A stretch of DNA of 64,000 nt, taken from contig CM069146.1 in assembly GCA_035221665.1 (NCBI GenBank), positions 23,064,001-23,128,000 on the forward strand. Reading direction: 5' to 3'. Source of the DNA: Okamejei kenojei (Eukaryota). A program made the translations under genes and the position numbers. Of the stretch, positions 1 through 12,744 are shown piece after piece. Within the stretch, counting starts at the first letter, position 1. Each line of letters starts with the position of its first letter. The notes under the pieces are model-generated. The model was given only the letters and a program-made list of their open reading frames with translations, had not been told where the DNA came from and did no database searches.

Positions 1-854
1 GATGCTAGTTTATACCAAAGATAGATATGAAAGGTTGGAGTAACTCAATGGGTCAGGCAGCATCTCTGGAGAAAATGGATAGGTGACGGTTCGGGTGGGT
101 GCCCTTCTTAGGGGGGAGAGGGGGTTATGTGTTCCTTTCAGGTACGGATCCAGCTCTATTTTGAATGCTACAGTGGGATCTGCCTCTACTATTCCCCACG
201 GTAAAGCAATCCAGTTCCTAACCACTTGTGTGAACAAAAGACGTTCCGCATGTTACATTTTAAAGTGTGAATGAAAATTGGGTAGCAGTCAAGGCAATAG
301 TTTTAGTTAGGGAGATAAATCAATTTGGTTCAACAAGTGACAGGGGATTTGATTGAATGGATAAAAGATGTTCGAATTAACTTAGGGCAACACCAAGTTT
401 TATTAGCAGCGTAAACAAACATGGGCAGGGATATGATGTGCCGACATTAACCTGCGTGTCTAGAATTTCTCAGGGAAATCATAAAACCTCAAAGCCAAAC
501 ATTCAGAAGGACAAAACTAGTCAAATTTGCATGCTATTGGCAGGCGAGCTAGAGGCAGTTGGATTATTTCCAGATTCTTGCTGGTTCTATAAATAGTTCA
601 TTTGTCTGTGTTTAGAACACAAATGAATCTGGCTTTTCTTCAGCAATTTAAAAAAATATTTCCCACTGAACACCAGAGATCTAAGTAAGATCTAGGAATG
701 TCCGAGGTCTCTAGTAGTTAAAGAGGCCTGGGTTTGCATTCGTTTTTATTGTTCCTTCCAATGTTCTCCCTCTTTCAAAGACTCCAACTCACGCGAAGGG
801 CAAAAGTTCTTCTGTTAATTGAAAGACAGTTAGCTTCTTCCATGACATCAGACA

Positions 855-1190
855 AAACTGATTCCAGGATAAATGCGTCTTTTGCGAGCTGGCAAGCTGT
901 AACTAAAGGGGTACCACAGGGATCAAAGCTGAGGCCTCAGATATTTACAATCTACTTTAACATTTCAGATGAATGGAACAAGTGTACTGTAGCCAAATGT
1001 ACTGACAATACTCAGATGGTGGGATAGCAACGTGAGGATGATCAAGAAGAATGCAAAGATTAAGCAAAAGTGCAAAACATTGGAAAGAGGAAGTTTAATT
1101 TGTAGAATGATAAGGTTATCCATTTTTGCAGGAAGAAGTGAAAAGCATTTTATATTGTTTAAATGAAGAGATAATGCAAAATAATGGTGT
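855..1190 (+). mobile_element. Old CR1 LINE RT fragment
   Basis: SWQAVTKGVPQGSKLRPQIFTIY, a degenerate RT motif B. Confidence 0.7.
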
Positions 1191-1719
1191 CGGTGATGGT
1201 AAGGTTAGTTTCAGAATTTGGCTTCAGAATAATATCAATCATGTGGTCAAGAGAGAGAAATAAATGAGTTGTGCTTAATTGTCATATGTACCATAAATGG
1301 AACAATGAAATTCTTACTACAGCAGCTTAACAGGTTTGTAAACATCGTAATCATGGATAACATTATAAACTAAAAAGATTCAATAAATTAAAAACGCCAA
1401 TATTGGTGCTTAAAAGCATAAGTCCATAGAGCAACCAAGACAGTTTGTAGTTCGTAGCTAAGTTGGTGTTAGTCATGTTCAAGAGCATGATGATTGTTGA
1501 TAGGCAAATGAACGATGGATGGTATTGATTCTTGAAAACTATGAGGTGATGTGTTTTAGGAAGATTAATAAGGTTAAGATAAACGTAATGAATGGTAGGG
1601 CATACGGGAGAATGAAAGAGCAGAGGGAACTCGGTGTGCGAGGAAGGATTACATAGACTTGGCTTCTGGAGTTTAGAAGAATTAAAGGTGATCTTATTGA
1701 AACATATAATTCTGAAGAG

Positions 1720-1926
1720 AACACAAAGTGCTGGAGTAACTCAACAGTCAGGCAGCATTCCTGAAGAACATAGATGGGTGATGCTTTGAGTCGGGACCCT
1801 TATTCAGACTGAACAAGGTCCTTACCCGAAACGTCACCCATCCATGCTCTTCAGAGATGCTGCCTGACTCGCTGAGTTACTCTAGCACTTTGTATCTTCC
1901 TTTGTAAACCAGCATCTGTAGTTCCT
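1720..1926. repeat. Palindromic Penelope-terminus-derived repeat (representative of a dispersed family)
   Basis: acaaagtgctggagtaactca...cagactg...tgagttactctagcactttgt forms an imperfect fold-back of about 170 bp. Related full or half copies lie near 1, 2290, 4410, 8100, 9890, 15985, 17210, 29660, 30600, 31550, 37970, 40895, 54930 and 60045. Confidence 0.8.
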
Positions 1927-2954
1927 TGGTTCCACACTCTAATTCTCAAGAGGGTTTGATAATGTGTATGCTGAGGGACCGTGGAACTAGGGTCCGTAGT
2001 TTATTAATAAAAAGACGGAGATGGAATTTCCCTCTTCAGAGGATCATGAACAATAATAATTCTCTAACCCGGAGACTTATGGAGGTGGAATCATTGAATC
2101 TGTTCAAGGCTGAAACAGATAAGCTTTGGAACATAAGCATGTTGAGGGTTATGGTCAATGGCAAGAAAGTGGAGCTGAGGCCAAGGTCAAATCTGCCTTT
2201 GAATGGAGGAGCAAGGACTAGTGCCTGAATGGCCCATTCCTGCTCACATCTCTTCAGCTCAGGACATCCCAAAATATATCACAACCCGACTGAAGGCGGT
2301 TTTTGACCTGAAATGTCACCTATCCATGTGATCCAGAGTAACTCAGTTAAGTTAAGATCCAGAGTAAGTGCTGGAGTATCTCAGCAGGTCAGGTAGCATC
2401 TCTGGAGAACATGGGTAGGTGACATTTTGGGTTGAGACCTTTCTTCGTCCATGTTCTCCAGAGATGCTGACTGGCCTGCTGAGTTACTCCAGCACTTTGT
2501 ATCCTATTGTGTATTAACCAGCATCTGCAATTCTTTGTTTCTACATGTTCTCCAGAGATGCTGCCTGACCTTCTGTGAAGAAAGTTTGTCACCAGTCATC
2601 AGCATCTTCACGTGTGGGCCCAGCTGAGAAGAGCAGTATCACAGCTTATACCAGGTTGGAGCATTCATTGGTTAATGGCGCTTGAACTTTATGGTATGGT
2701 GACTGGAAACGGCTAGTTTTAAGTTTCACTGTCTTTAATGTTTGTGCCAGTACACCAAGATCAGTTGGTCTCTTCACCTGAAATGAGTGGGGTTCAGACC
2801 TTGAAGAGAAGGCATCATTCTACTTTTAGCTCTTGATGTACCTGGCACAAAAGAGTTAGGAAGAGTTTTATTACTCATTTATTGGAGGTGGCATTTCTTG
2901 CACGTTTCCAATTGCCCTTGAGAAGGTGGTTTGGAGATGAGGTGTACCATGCCA

Positions 2955-3350
2955 CTCTTTCCAGTTCAGTTGAGTTTGGTTTATTGTCACGTGTACCGAG
3001 GTACAGTGAAAAGCTTTTTTGACTTGTGTGCTATCCAGTCAACAGAAAGACTATACATGGTTACAATAAAGCCACCCATAGTGTACAGATACAAGATAAA
3101 AGGCACATCGTTTAGTGCAAGATAAAGTCCAGAAACGTCTGATTAAAAATAGTCTGAGGATCTCCAATGAGGTAGATGGGAGGTCAGGACCGCTCTCTAG
3201 TTGGTGATAGGATGGTTACCTGATAACAGCTGGGGAAAAAAAACTGTCCCTGAATCTGGAGGTGTGCATTTTCAACACATCTGTACCGCTTGCCTGATGG
3301 AAGAGGGGAGAAGAGGGAATGATCGGGGTGAGACTTGTCCTTGAATATGC
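2955..3350 (-). mobile_element. Rex1/Babar-like LINE 3' fragment (representative)
   Basis: The minus strand encodes LFSPLPSGKRYR...TSRFRDSF-like C-terminus and ends gtgacaataaa plus short repeats. Similar pieces lie near 12490, 18180, 36610, 39460 and 55090. Confidence 0.65.
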
Positions 3351-5099
3351 TTATGACTGATTATTCAATAATCATTGAGCATGTTTAAGAATGTCTGTGT
3401 TTCATGCACTCATGTTTAGTTTGTTCTCCTGTTGAAAAGTGATTTAAACTCTTGCTTACTGGGCTGAGGGGCTGAATCAAACAGAGTCAACCATATTGCT
3501 GTGGGATTGGTTAAATGCACGCTGGAATGGGCAAGGACTTCTAACAGGACATTAGGGAAGCAGATGGGTATTTACAACAACCCAGCGGTTTTGTGGTCAA
3601 AACGATTAATTCTAGCCTTTGATTCCAGATTTATTTAATTGAATTTGAATTCCTCAGCATCAGTGGTGGAACTTGAACTCATGTCTCAAATAAGAGCACT
3701 CGGGCATAAGGGACTGAAGAAAGAGATGTGCGTGCTCTACCATTCAATAAATCATGGCCATTCATGGCTGCAGAGTGGTGCAGTGGTTGATTTGCTACCT
3801 TAGAGCAGCAGAAACCCTGGTTCGATCCTGACAATGGGCACTGTCTGTATGGAGTTTGTACGTTCTCCCTATGACCGCCAGGGTTTTTTTCTGGGCGCTC
3901 CAGTTTCCTCCCACGTTCAAAAGACATACAAGTCTGTAGGTTAATTGGTTTCTGTAAATTGTTCCCATTGTGTTGGATATCACCTCTATATCCGCTGATT
4001 CCCTTTTAATCTCAGGTATGATTATCTGCGGGGCCTGGCCCAACCTTTTTGTCTATGTATGCTGTTCCCATTTGCCCGTGTTAGGACTATATCTTTCTAT
4101 GCCATGCCTATTCATGTGTCTATTGTAGGTGCCTCTTAACCACCGTAATTGGATCTGATTCCACCACTTCCTTTAGCAGTGTTACTGATCTCAATCACTG
4201 AGTAAAAACCTTGCCGCTCTGATCCCTTTTACATCTCCACCTGGTCACATTAAAACAACGCCTGCTTGATTTTGATACCACTACCACGGGGAAAGGATTC
4301 TGATTATCCGTCCTATTTGTGCATCTCATAATCTTATATTATCCAGTCACCCCTCAATCACCTTCACTTCAGGGAAAAGAAGCCTACTCTATCCAACCCC
4401 TTGTAGAAACGCGACACAAAGTGCTGGAGTATCTCATCAGGTCAGGCATCATCCCTGGAGAAGATGTTTTTGGTTAGATCCTTCTTCAGACTGCAACAGG
4501 AGACGTTTCGGGTTGGACCGTTCTTTAGAATGAAGATGTGTCCTGACCGGAAACGTCATCTATCCATGTTCTCCAGAGATACTGCCTGACTCCAGCACTT
4601 TGGGTCCGTCCCATCTCTCCCTCCAACCAAAGTCCTCCAATCCATGCAACGGATAGTTGTGGGTATATGGATCGAACTGCCAGAGGAGGTGTTGAATGTG
4701 GATACTATAATGACATTTAAAAGGCATTTGGACAGGTATATGGATAGGAAAGGTTTAGAGAGATATGGGGCAATCGCGGCCAGGTGGGACAAGCTTGGAT
4801 GGGGGCATCTTGATCGGCATGGGCACGTTGGGCCGAAGGGCCTGTTTTTGTTCTGTGTAACTCTATTACATCCAGACAAATCGAGAGGTAAACTAGAGCA
4901 CCTGAGGTCATGATCGAACCAGGATCTCTCAAGACACCTGCTCCACCAAATGCACCGTATGTGACTGCCCGCATACATTTTTCCCATTACGTAAAAAGCT
5001 TGCAAACTTTATAAAGTTCATCACAGAACTATCTCTTTGTTACAACACATAACCATATCCTATTATACTTTGTAATATGTGATATGTGAAGAGAAAGAG

Positions 5100-6881
5100 A
5101 TTAGTTAAAACAAATGTAGGTCCCTTGCAGTCAGAAACAGGTGAATTGATCATGGGGAACAAGGACATGGCAGACCAATTGAATAACTACTTTGGTTCTG
5201 TCTTCACTAAGGAAGACATAAATAACCTGCCGGAAATAGCAGGGGACCGGGGGAGGAACTGAGGTGGAGGAACTGAGTGAAATCCAGGTTAGCCGGGAAG
5301 TGGTGTTGGGTAAATTGAATGGAATAAAGGCCGATAAATCCCCAGGGCCAGATAGTCTGCATCCCAGAGTACTCAAGGAAGTAGCCACAGAAATAGTGGA
5401 TGCATTAGTGATAAATTTTCAAAACTCCTTAGATTCTGGAGTAGTTCCTGAGGATTGGAGGGTAACCCCACTTTTTAAAAAAGAGGGAGAGAGAAAACGG
5501 GGAATTACAGACCAGTCAGTCTAACATCGGTAGTGGGGAAACTGCTAGAGTTAGTTATTAAAGATGGGATAGAAGTACATTTGGAAAGTGGTGAAATCAT
5601 TGGACAAAGTCAGCATGGATTTACGAAAGGTAAGTTTTCGAGGATGTAACTAGTAGAGTGGATAAGGGAGTACCAGTGGATGTGTTATATCTAGACTTTC
5701 AGAAGGCTTTCGACAAGGTCCCACATAAGAGATTAGTATACAAACTTAAAGCACACGGTATTGGGGATTCAATATTGATGTGGATAGAGAACTGGCTGGC
5801 AAACAGGAAGCAAAGGGTAGGAGTAAACGGGTCATTTTCAGAATGGCAGGCAGTGACTAGTGGGGTACCGCAAGGCTCAGTGCTGGGACCCCAGCTATTT
5901 ACAATATATATTAATGATTTGGACGAGGGAATTGAATGCAACATCTCCAAGTTTACGGATGACGCTAAGCTGGGGGGTAGTGTTAGGTGTGAAGAGGATG
6001 CTAGGAGGCTGCAAGGTGACGTGGATAGGCTGGGTGAATGGGCAAATACATGGCAGATGCAGTATAATGTGGATAAATGTGAGGTTATCCACTTTGGTGG
6101 CAAAAACAGGAGGGTAGACTATTATCTGAATGGTGGCAAATTAGGAAAAGGGGAGATGCAACGAGACCTGGGTGTCATGGTACACTAATCATTGCATGTA
6201 GGCATGCAGGTGCAGCAGGCAGTGAAGAAAGCAAATGGTATGTTTGCATTCATAGCGAATGGATTTGAGTATAGGAGCAGGGAGGTTCTACTGCAGTTGT
6301 ACAGGGTTTTGGTGAGACCACACCTGGAGTATTGCGTACAGTTTTGGTCTCCAAATCTGAGGAAATACATTATTTTCATAGAGGGGGTACAGAGAAGGTT
6401 CACCAGACTGATTCCTGGGATGTCAGGACTTTCATATGAGGAAAGACTGGATAGACTTGGCTTGTACTCGCTAGAATTTAGAAGACTGAGGGGGGATCTT
6501 ATAGAAACTTACCAAATTCTTAAGGAATTGGATAGGCTAGATGCAGGAAGATTGTTCCCGATGTTGGGGAGGTCCAGAACAAGGGGTCACAGTCTAAGGA
6601 TAAGGGGGAATTCCTTTAGGAACAGATGAGGAAAACATTTTTCACACAGAGACTGGTGAGTCTGTGGAATTCTCTGCCACAGAAGGTAGTTGAGGCCAGT
6701 TCATTGGCTATATTTAAGAGGGAGTTAGATGTGGTCCTTGTGGCTAAAGGGACCAGGGGGTATGGAGAGAAGGCAGGTACGGGATACTGAGTTGGATGAT
6801 CAGCCATGATCATATTGAATGGCGGTGCAGTCTCGAGGGGCAGAATGGCCTACTCCCGCACCTATTTTCTATGTTTCTATG
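5100..6881 (+). mobile_element. CR1-clade LINE, 5'-truncated, with RT domain and 3' tail
   Basis: KSPGPD.LHPRVLKE, YLDFQKAFDKVPH, GVPQGSVLGP, KFTDDAKL, LVRPHLEYCVQFWSP; ends with a CTATGTTT-type tandem tail; several stops and frameshifts. Confidence 0.95.
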
Positions 6882-6949
6882 TAATTGCTGTGCGCTTTAA
6901 AAGTACGCAGGTCAAGAGAAAGGCATGATTAAGAACTGAGTGTGGTTAT

Positions 6950-7338
6950 TCGCTGAGGAGTGATCTATGCTACCGTTTGGATGTAAACTATATAAATCCC
7001 ACCTGAAAGAAAGGGGGCAACACTGCAGTGTATTTCTTAGACTATTATTGGTTGCATTTCATAAGGCAGGACTCTTAGCAAGGAAAAAAAACGCCGCCTG
7101 TCCGAGTAGGATGAGTTGGAACAACATAATATGCAATCACAGTTAAAAAAAAATCTCCACAGGGTGATAGAGTTTGTGGGGCGGTCGGAGGGGTTACGCT
7201 GCTCGGAAGTTTCATCTCGCCAAAGTAACTCGTGTGAACCCTTTGTACGTTTGGCTACTTTACTTGTTGGACGATCATGGATTTGAACCGAAGTCGTTAG
7301 TTTTGTAACCTCGGGAGTTATTGCAAAAGCAGGTAATG
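6950..7338 (+). promoter_or_regulatory. Candidate promoter / non-coding first exon
   Basis: Non-repetitive and relatively CpG-retaining. TATATAAA at 6989-6996, GGGGCGG near 7177 and a donor-like CAG/GTAATG at 7330-7338. Motif-level evidence only. Confidence 0.25.
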
Positions 7339-8744
7339 TGAGCCGCGGATTTTGATTTAAGTTGTTTCGGGTGCATTTTGAACATCCATTTGCAAGTAAC
7401 GTGGAACTTTTAAAGTTCATTTGCAACGCTTTATTTTCGTTCTGCACATTTGGAAAGGATGGAGCTGACATTTAGATTTTCGCAGTCCCTTCTCCCACCC
7501 ACGTCCAACGTTGTGACTTGAATCATTTGGTGCAACTTCATAGTTTGAATAATGTTTTTAACCTTTTGTTTCACGGACACTTCATGCTTTAGACGGCTGG
7601 ATTCTAGATAGAGCGTGCAGATAAGGAGAACGTTTTAATTAATAAAACTGCGAGAAACAAACTGCTGGAGGAACTCTGGATCGAGCAGCAACTGTGGAAG
7701 GTGTGGACAGATGCTCCTCGACCCTCTGAGTTCCTGTTCCCACCTCCCCCCTATGCCATACTGTAGCGTTTCTTGTGTCACCTCTTTAAAACATCAAAGC
7801 GTTGTTGTTTTATTAAAGAGAGAGAACACCAAATCCTAGGTTTAGGAAAGGGCTGGTAGAACGACTACATCAGGTTCAGGGCCACTCCGCCGCGGTGTAA
7901 GCGAGTGTTCCAAGTGCGTTCAGCCACTGAGGGAGGCGTGGAAACTGGGAGAGAGCTGCACTGTCGGATGAACCGTGAAACCCACGTCCTCTCTTACCCC
8001 ATCAACGGTACCGTTACACAAAACAACCCTGTATTGTTTAATCGGTCACTATTTATAAAAAAAAAACCCAACACACTCTGTCTGACGTGTAGGAAGGAAC
8101 CGCAGATGCTAGTTTACACCGAAGATAGACACAAAGTGCTGGAGTAACTCAGCGGGTCAGGCAGCGAGTCGAAACCCTTCTTTTCGACTCGAAACGTTAC
8201 CTGTTCCTTTCCCCCCAGAGATGCTACCTGACCTGACACGCCATCTAATTGTTGCCTTATTTTGTACTGTTGTTTAATAGTAAGGATGGAGCTGACACTG
8301 TTTTGCACTTGAATTCCAACAACCGCTTGAATCGGATTGTATTCAATTAATACTTAATTGATTAAAACACTTTATGGCCCCCGCCCACCGCAGTGTCTTG
8401 GAAGGCTCTTCATAAATGCAGATGAAACTTTTGTGTAGCGCCTGACCCGCTCAGTTCATCCAGCAACTTGTTTGTATTTTTGCATGTATTTGCTGAGTTG
8501 CTAGAGCATCTCAGGGGGGTCAGTCTAGCTCCATCTGCATTTGCATAGCGCCTTTCATGACATTGGGAATGCATAAAGTGGGTTCAACTAAATAAAAAAT
8601 GATTTAATTATATCCTGATTAAGAATGTGTTTAAGATGTTTAGTTTTGAGGCTTGATGCAATGAGGATTTGACCGTGGTAATCATAGATTGCAATTAATC
8701 CTTTTTTCCCCATTCTCTGCCTTAGTTACAAATCAGTTCTAGTT

Positions 8745-9200
8745 TAGAAGTCAATAGACAATAAACAATAGGTGCAGGGGTAGGCCATTTGGCCCTTCGA
8801 GCCAGCACCGCCATTCAATGTGATCATGGCTGATTGTCCCAAATCAGTACCCCGTTCCTGCCTTCTCCCCATATCCCCTTCTTCTTCTTTCGTGTGGCGT
8901 GCACAGCCTAAAGTTGTTGGACAACTTGTTTTATTTGGTCTTCTGTGTGTGCACGTCGAGTTGATTGCAGTAGTGGAAACAGGGCGGACCACGTGAAGGT
9001 TGCAATCTTCCACCCCACCCATATCCCCTGACTCCGCTATTTTTAAGAACCCTATATAGCTCTCTCTTGAAAGCATCCAGAGAACCTGCCTCCATCCAGA
9101 GAACCTGCCTCCACTGAGACAGAGAATTCCACAGACTCACCACTCTCTGTGAGAAAAAGTGTTTCCTCGTCTCCGTTCTAAATGGCTTACTCCTTATTAG
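8745..9200 (-). mobile_element. CR1 LINE 3' end carrying a nested 138-bp insertion
   Basis: Reverse complement of the CR1 3' region (VSLWNSL, AFKREL, ggctcgaagggccaaatggcctac), interrupted at 8880-9017. Confidence 0.85.
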
Positions 9201-10234
9201 TCTTGGGTTGTTTAAAGGATGTATCCCTCACAAGAGTATGTGAGAGATTTCAACTCCACAGCATTACCCCACCATCACACCCCCCCACCCCGCCCAACTA
9301 CACCTCCCCCCTCCCTGCCTGACCCTATCCCACACCAAGGGCAAGCTGAAGAGAGTGAGGGATTTTTAAATATCCTTTATGCAAGAAAGTGCTGCTCAAT
9401 TAGAGTATTGGGGATTCACGGTTATGCAGCATGAAAACAAGCTCTTCAGCCCAACTTATCCAAGTTGCCCAATCAAGCCGACAACCTGGTCTATATTCCT
9501 CCAGGCCTTTCCCATCCATGTACAGTATCTTGCCAAGTGTATTTTACTGGCACTCAAGAAAGCAGAGATGATGATCTACATCATTCCCAACCCAGGGAGA
9601 GCTTAAGGCAGGGGTGGGCTGAGCTGCCTTCCTGAATTATACAGAAGCTTCTTGCCTGAACACCCACATAAGAAATTGAAGCAAAACATTGTATTCTGCT
9701 TCTTTATCAGGCAGTAAGATCAGAGCTGATATTTTACCTCAGCACCACACTCTTGTCTATCCCTGGAGTATCTTAATATCCAGAACACCTCTCACTTCAA
9801 TACAGTGAGGATATAAAGATTGGCATTAGTAGTGCCCTGGTGGTCTTTCAATGCTCTGAACACAGTGGTCTCTATGGTTACATAAGGAACTGCAGAGACC
9901 ACAAAGCACTGGAGTAACTCAGCAGGTCAGGCAACATATCTGGAGGACATGTCCTTCACAGATGCTGCCTGACCCACTGAGTTACTGCAACACCTTGTGG
10001 TCTCTATGGGTACCCCACTGTGAAGTTAGTTCACAAAAACCTTGGCTTGCGGGTTGGGCAGCATCTATGGAGGGAATGGGCAGACGACGTTTCGGGTCGG
10101 GAAACTTCTTCAGATTCAAAATGGATCCTGGCCCAAAAAGTAAAGTTTAGAAATACAGTAAGGAAACAGGCTTTTCAGCCCACCATATCAATGCTGTCCA
10201 TTGATCTCCCATTCACACTAGTTTTATGTTACCC

Positions 10235-11015
10235 CAGATGGAACGTAGTGTAGCAAAGTGCGGAGTCATGCATTTTGGTTGTAGAAATAAAGGCGCAGAT
10301 TATTTTCTAAATGGGGAGCGAATCCAGAAATCGGAGGTGCAAAGGGACTTGGGAATGCTGGTGCAGGAGTCCCAAAAAGTTAATCTGCAAGTTGAATTGG
10401 TAGTTAAGAAAGCAAACGCAATGCTGCCATTTATTTCAAGAGGGCTAGAATACAAAAACAAGGCGCTGATCAGGCCGCATTTGGAGTATTATTATCAGGA
10501 CGCCATATCTGAGGAAGGGTGTGCTGGCTCTTGAGAGGGTCCAGACGAGGTTTACAAGAATGATCCCCGGTATAAGTGGGTTAACATATGTTGTGTGTTT
10601 GATGGTACTGGGCCTGTTCTCGCTGTAGTTTAGAAGGATGAGGGGGGGGGGGGTCCTGATTGAAATGTACAGAATAGTGAATGGCTTGGATAGAACAGAT
10701 GTGGAGAGGATGTTTCCCCTAGTGGGAGAGTCTAGGTCTAGAGGTTATAGCCTCTGAATTAAAGGACATTCCTTGAGGAAGGAGATGAGGAGGAATTTCT
10801 TTAGACAGAGGGTGGTGAATCTGTAAAATGAAGGCTAAGTCAATGAATATTTTTAAGGTAGAGATAGATAGATTCTTGATTAGTATGGGTGTCAGGGGTT
10901 ATGGGGAGCAGGCAGGAGAATGGGGTTAGGAGGGAGTGATAGATCAGCCATGATTGAATGGCGGAGTAGACTTGATAGGCCGAAAGGTCTAATTCTGCTC
11001 CTATCACTTATGAGC
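10235..11015 (+). mobile_element. CR1 LINE 3' fragment
   Basis: KCGVMHFG, QRDLG, KKANAML, IRPHLEY, followed by a CR1 3' UTR. Confidence 0.88.
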
Positions 11016-11961
11016 TTCTGACCTTATTCCTTCCACAGATGATGCCTGACCCATTGAGTTACTCCAAGACTTTGTGTGTAGATCAAGATTTCTGAATCTG
11101 CAGTTCCTTTTGTCTCTGTGATTATGACCTCCTGATTCTAGAAACTGCAGCCAAGAAAACATCATCCCTGTGTTTACCGTATATAAAAGTATCTTAGGAA
11201 GTGTGTTCAAGATCCATGCAGAGAAGAGTTAGTTTAGCCCTGTACTGTGATCAAATGCAACACCTGCAATACGACACTGTCCACACCGCAATGTTCCTGA
11301 TATTGAACATAGGGTAGCAGAGGGGACTGTTTCTTTCGACCCTATGTGCGATTGTGGTGGCTGTGTAACTCAGCCAAGAGTTCAAAATAATTAGGCTTGC
11401 AATTTTCAGATGTATTAGTTTAGTTTATTTTTTTTTGTAAAATATTTTTATTAGAAGTAATTACATATTAAGAAGAAATATAAAATCAATGCAATACAAA
11501 AAGAAAATATTATCGTCACATTCAGTCTTAATATATTTAAAATTTACAGTCTATCTTATTTGTACTTCTATATATTTTTTATTTTATAACAGTAGGAAAT
11601 AAAGATAGATAACAAAAAGATAAAGAGAAAAAAAAAAGAGATAAATTAATTGAGTGGAATAATAAACAAGATATTCTTCATAGGAGATATATTCATGATC
11701 TTTAGTTTAGTTTAGAGACAAAGCACGGAAGCGGGTCTTTCGGCCCACCGAGTCCGCACCAACCAGCTATCCCCATACACTAACACTATCCTACAGACTA
11801 GGGATAATTTACAATTACCAAAGCCATATTAACGTACCAACTGGCAAGTCTTTGGAGTGTTGGAGGAAACCCACGCAGGTCACAGGGAGAAGTACAAACT
11901 CCGTGCAGACAGCTTAGTGAGTCATTCAATCAGGATTAAACCCGGATCTCTGGCACTGTAA

Positions 11962-12292
11962 TAGCCCTGTCCCACGGTACGAGTTCATTCAAGTGCTCTC
12001 CCGCGTTAAAAAAAAAAATCAAACTCATGGTAAGCACGGAGAATGAACGTAGCGGATAGGTTGGAGCTCGGGGATGTCTCTTACCGGCTCGTAACGCGAA
12101 TGGCAGGTACCCAGGAAGACTCGCTAACGGCAGGTAAGCACGGGAAAACTCGTGAAGATTTTTCAACATGTTGAAAAATGTCCACGAGAGCCCCGAGTAC
12201 CGATGAGTGGCCATTACCATAAATCTCCGAGTTCGAATCAGGGCAAACTTGGGGAAGCTCTTGGAATGAACTCGTACCGTGGGACAGGGGTT
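11962..12292. mobile_element. PIF/Harbinger-type MITE nested in a SINE
   Basis: TIR ccctgtcccacggtacgagttcattc / gaatgaactcgtaccgtgggacaggg. TAA is duplicated (11959-61, 12293-95), and the flanks rejoin to the SINE sequence ggcactgTAAggcagc. Confidence 0.88.
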
Positions 12293-12744
12293 TAAGGCAG
12301 CAACTCTACTGCTGTGCCTCTGTGCTGCCCCAAACATTTGCTTGGTATGTTATACATAATAAATTATACAAATATTACATAAACCGATCACATTCATCGG
12401 TGGTGGTTTAATAAGGATTGAAACGTGCAGTGTTGAGGGGCGAGAAAGGATTGGCCAGATACAGTGTGATCCGAAAGAGGGATACATTGTTACATGTACT
12501 GAGTTACAGTGAAAAGCTTTTGTTTGCATGCTCTCCAGTCAAAGAAAAGACGATGTATGAACCGTGCAGATACAGGGTAATCGGTACAACATTTAGTGCA
12601 AAGATATATCATTTGTCCAATAAAGTCCAATTAATGTCCAACAAATGTCTCAAATTAGGTAGACGGGAGGTCAGGACGGCCCTCTAGCTGATGAGAGGAC
12701 TGTTCAGTTGCCTGATGAAGAAACTGTTCCTAAATCTGGAGGTA

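Noticed and set aside
7037-7471. 144-aa minus-strand ORF as a protein-coding gene
   Set aside because: No recognisable domain or exon structure; this length can occur by chance.
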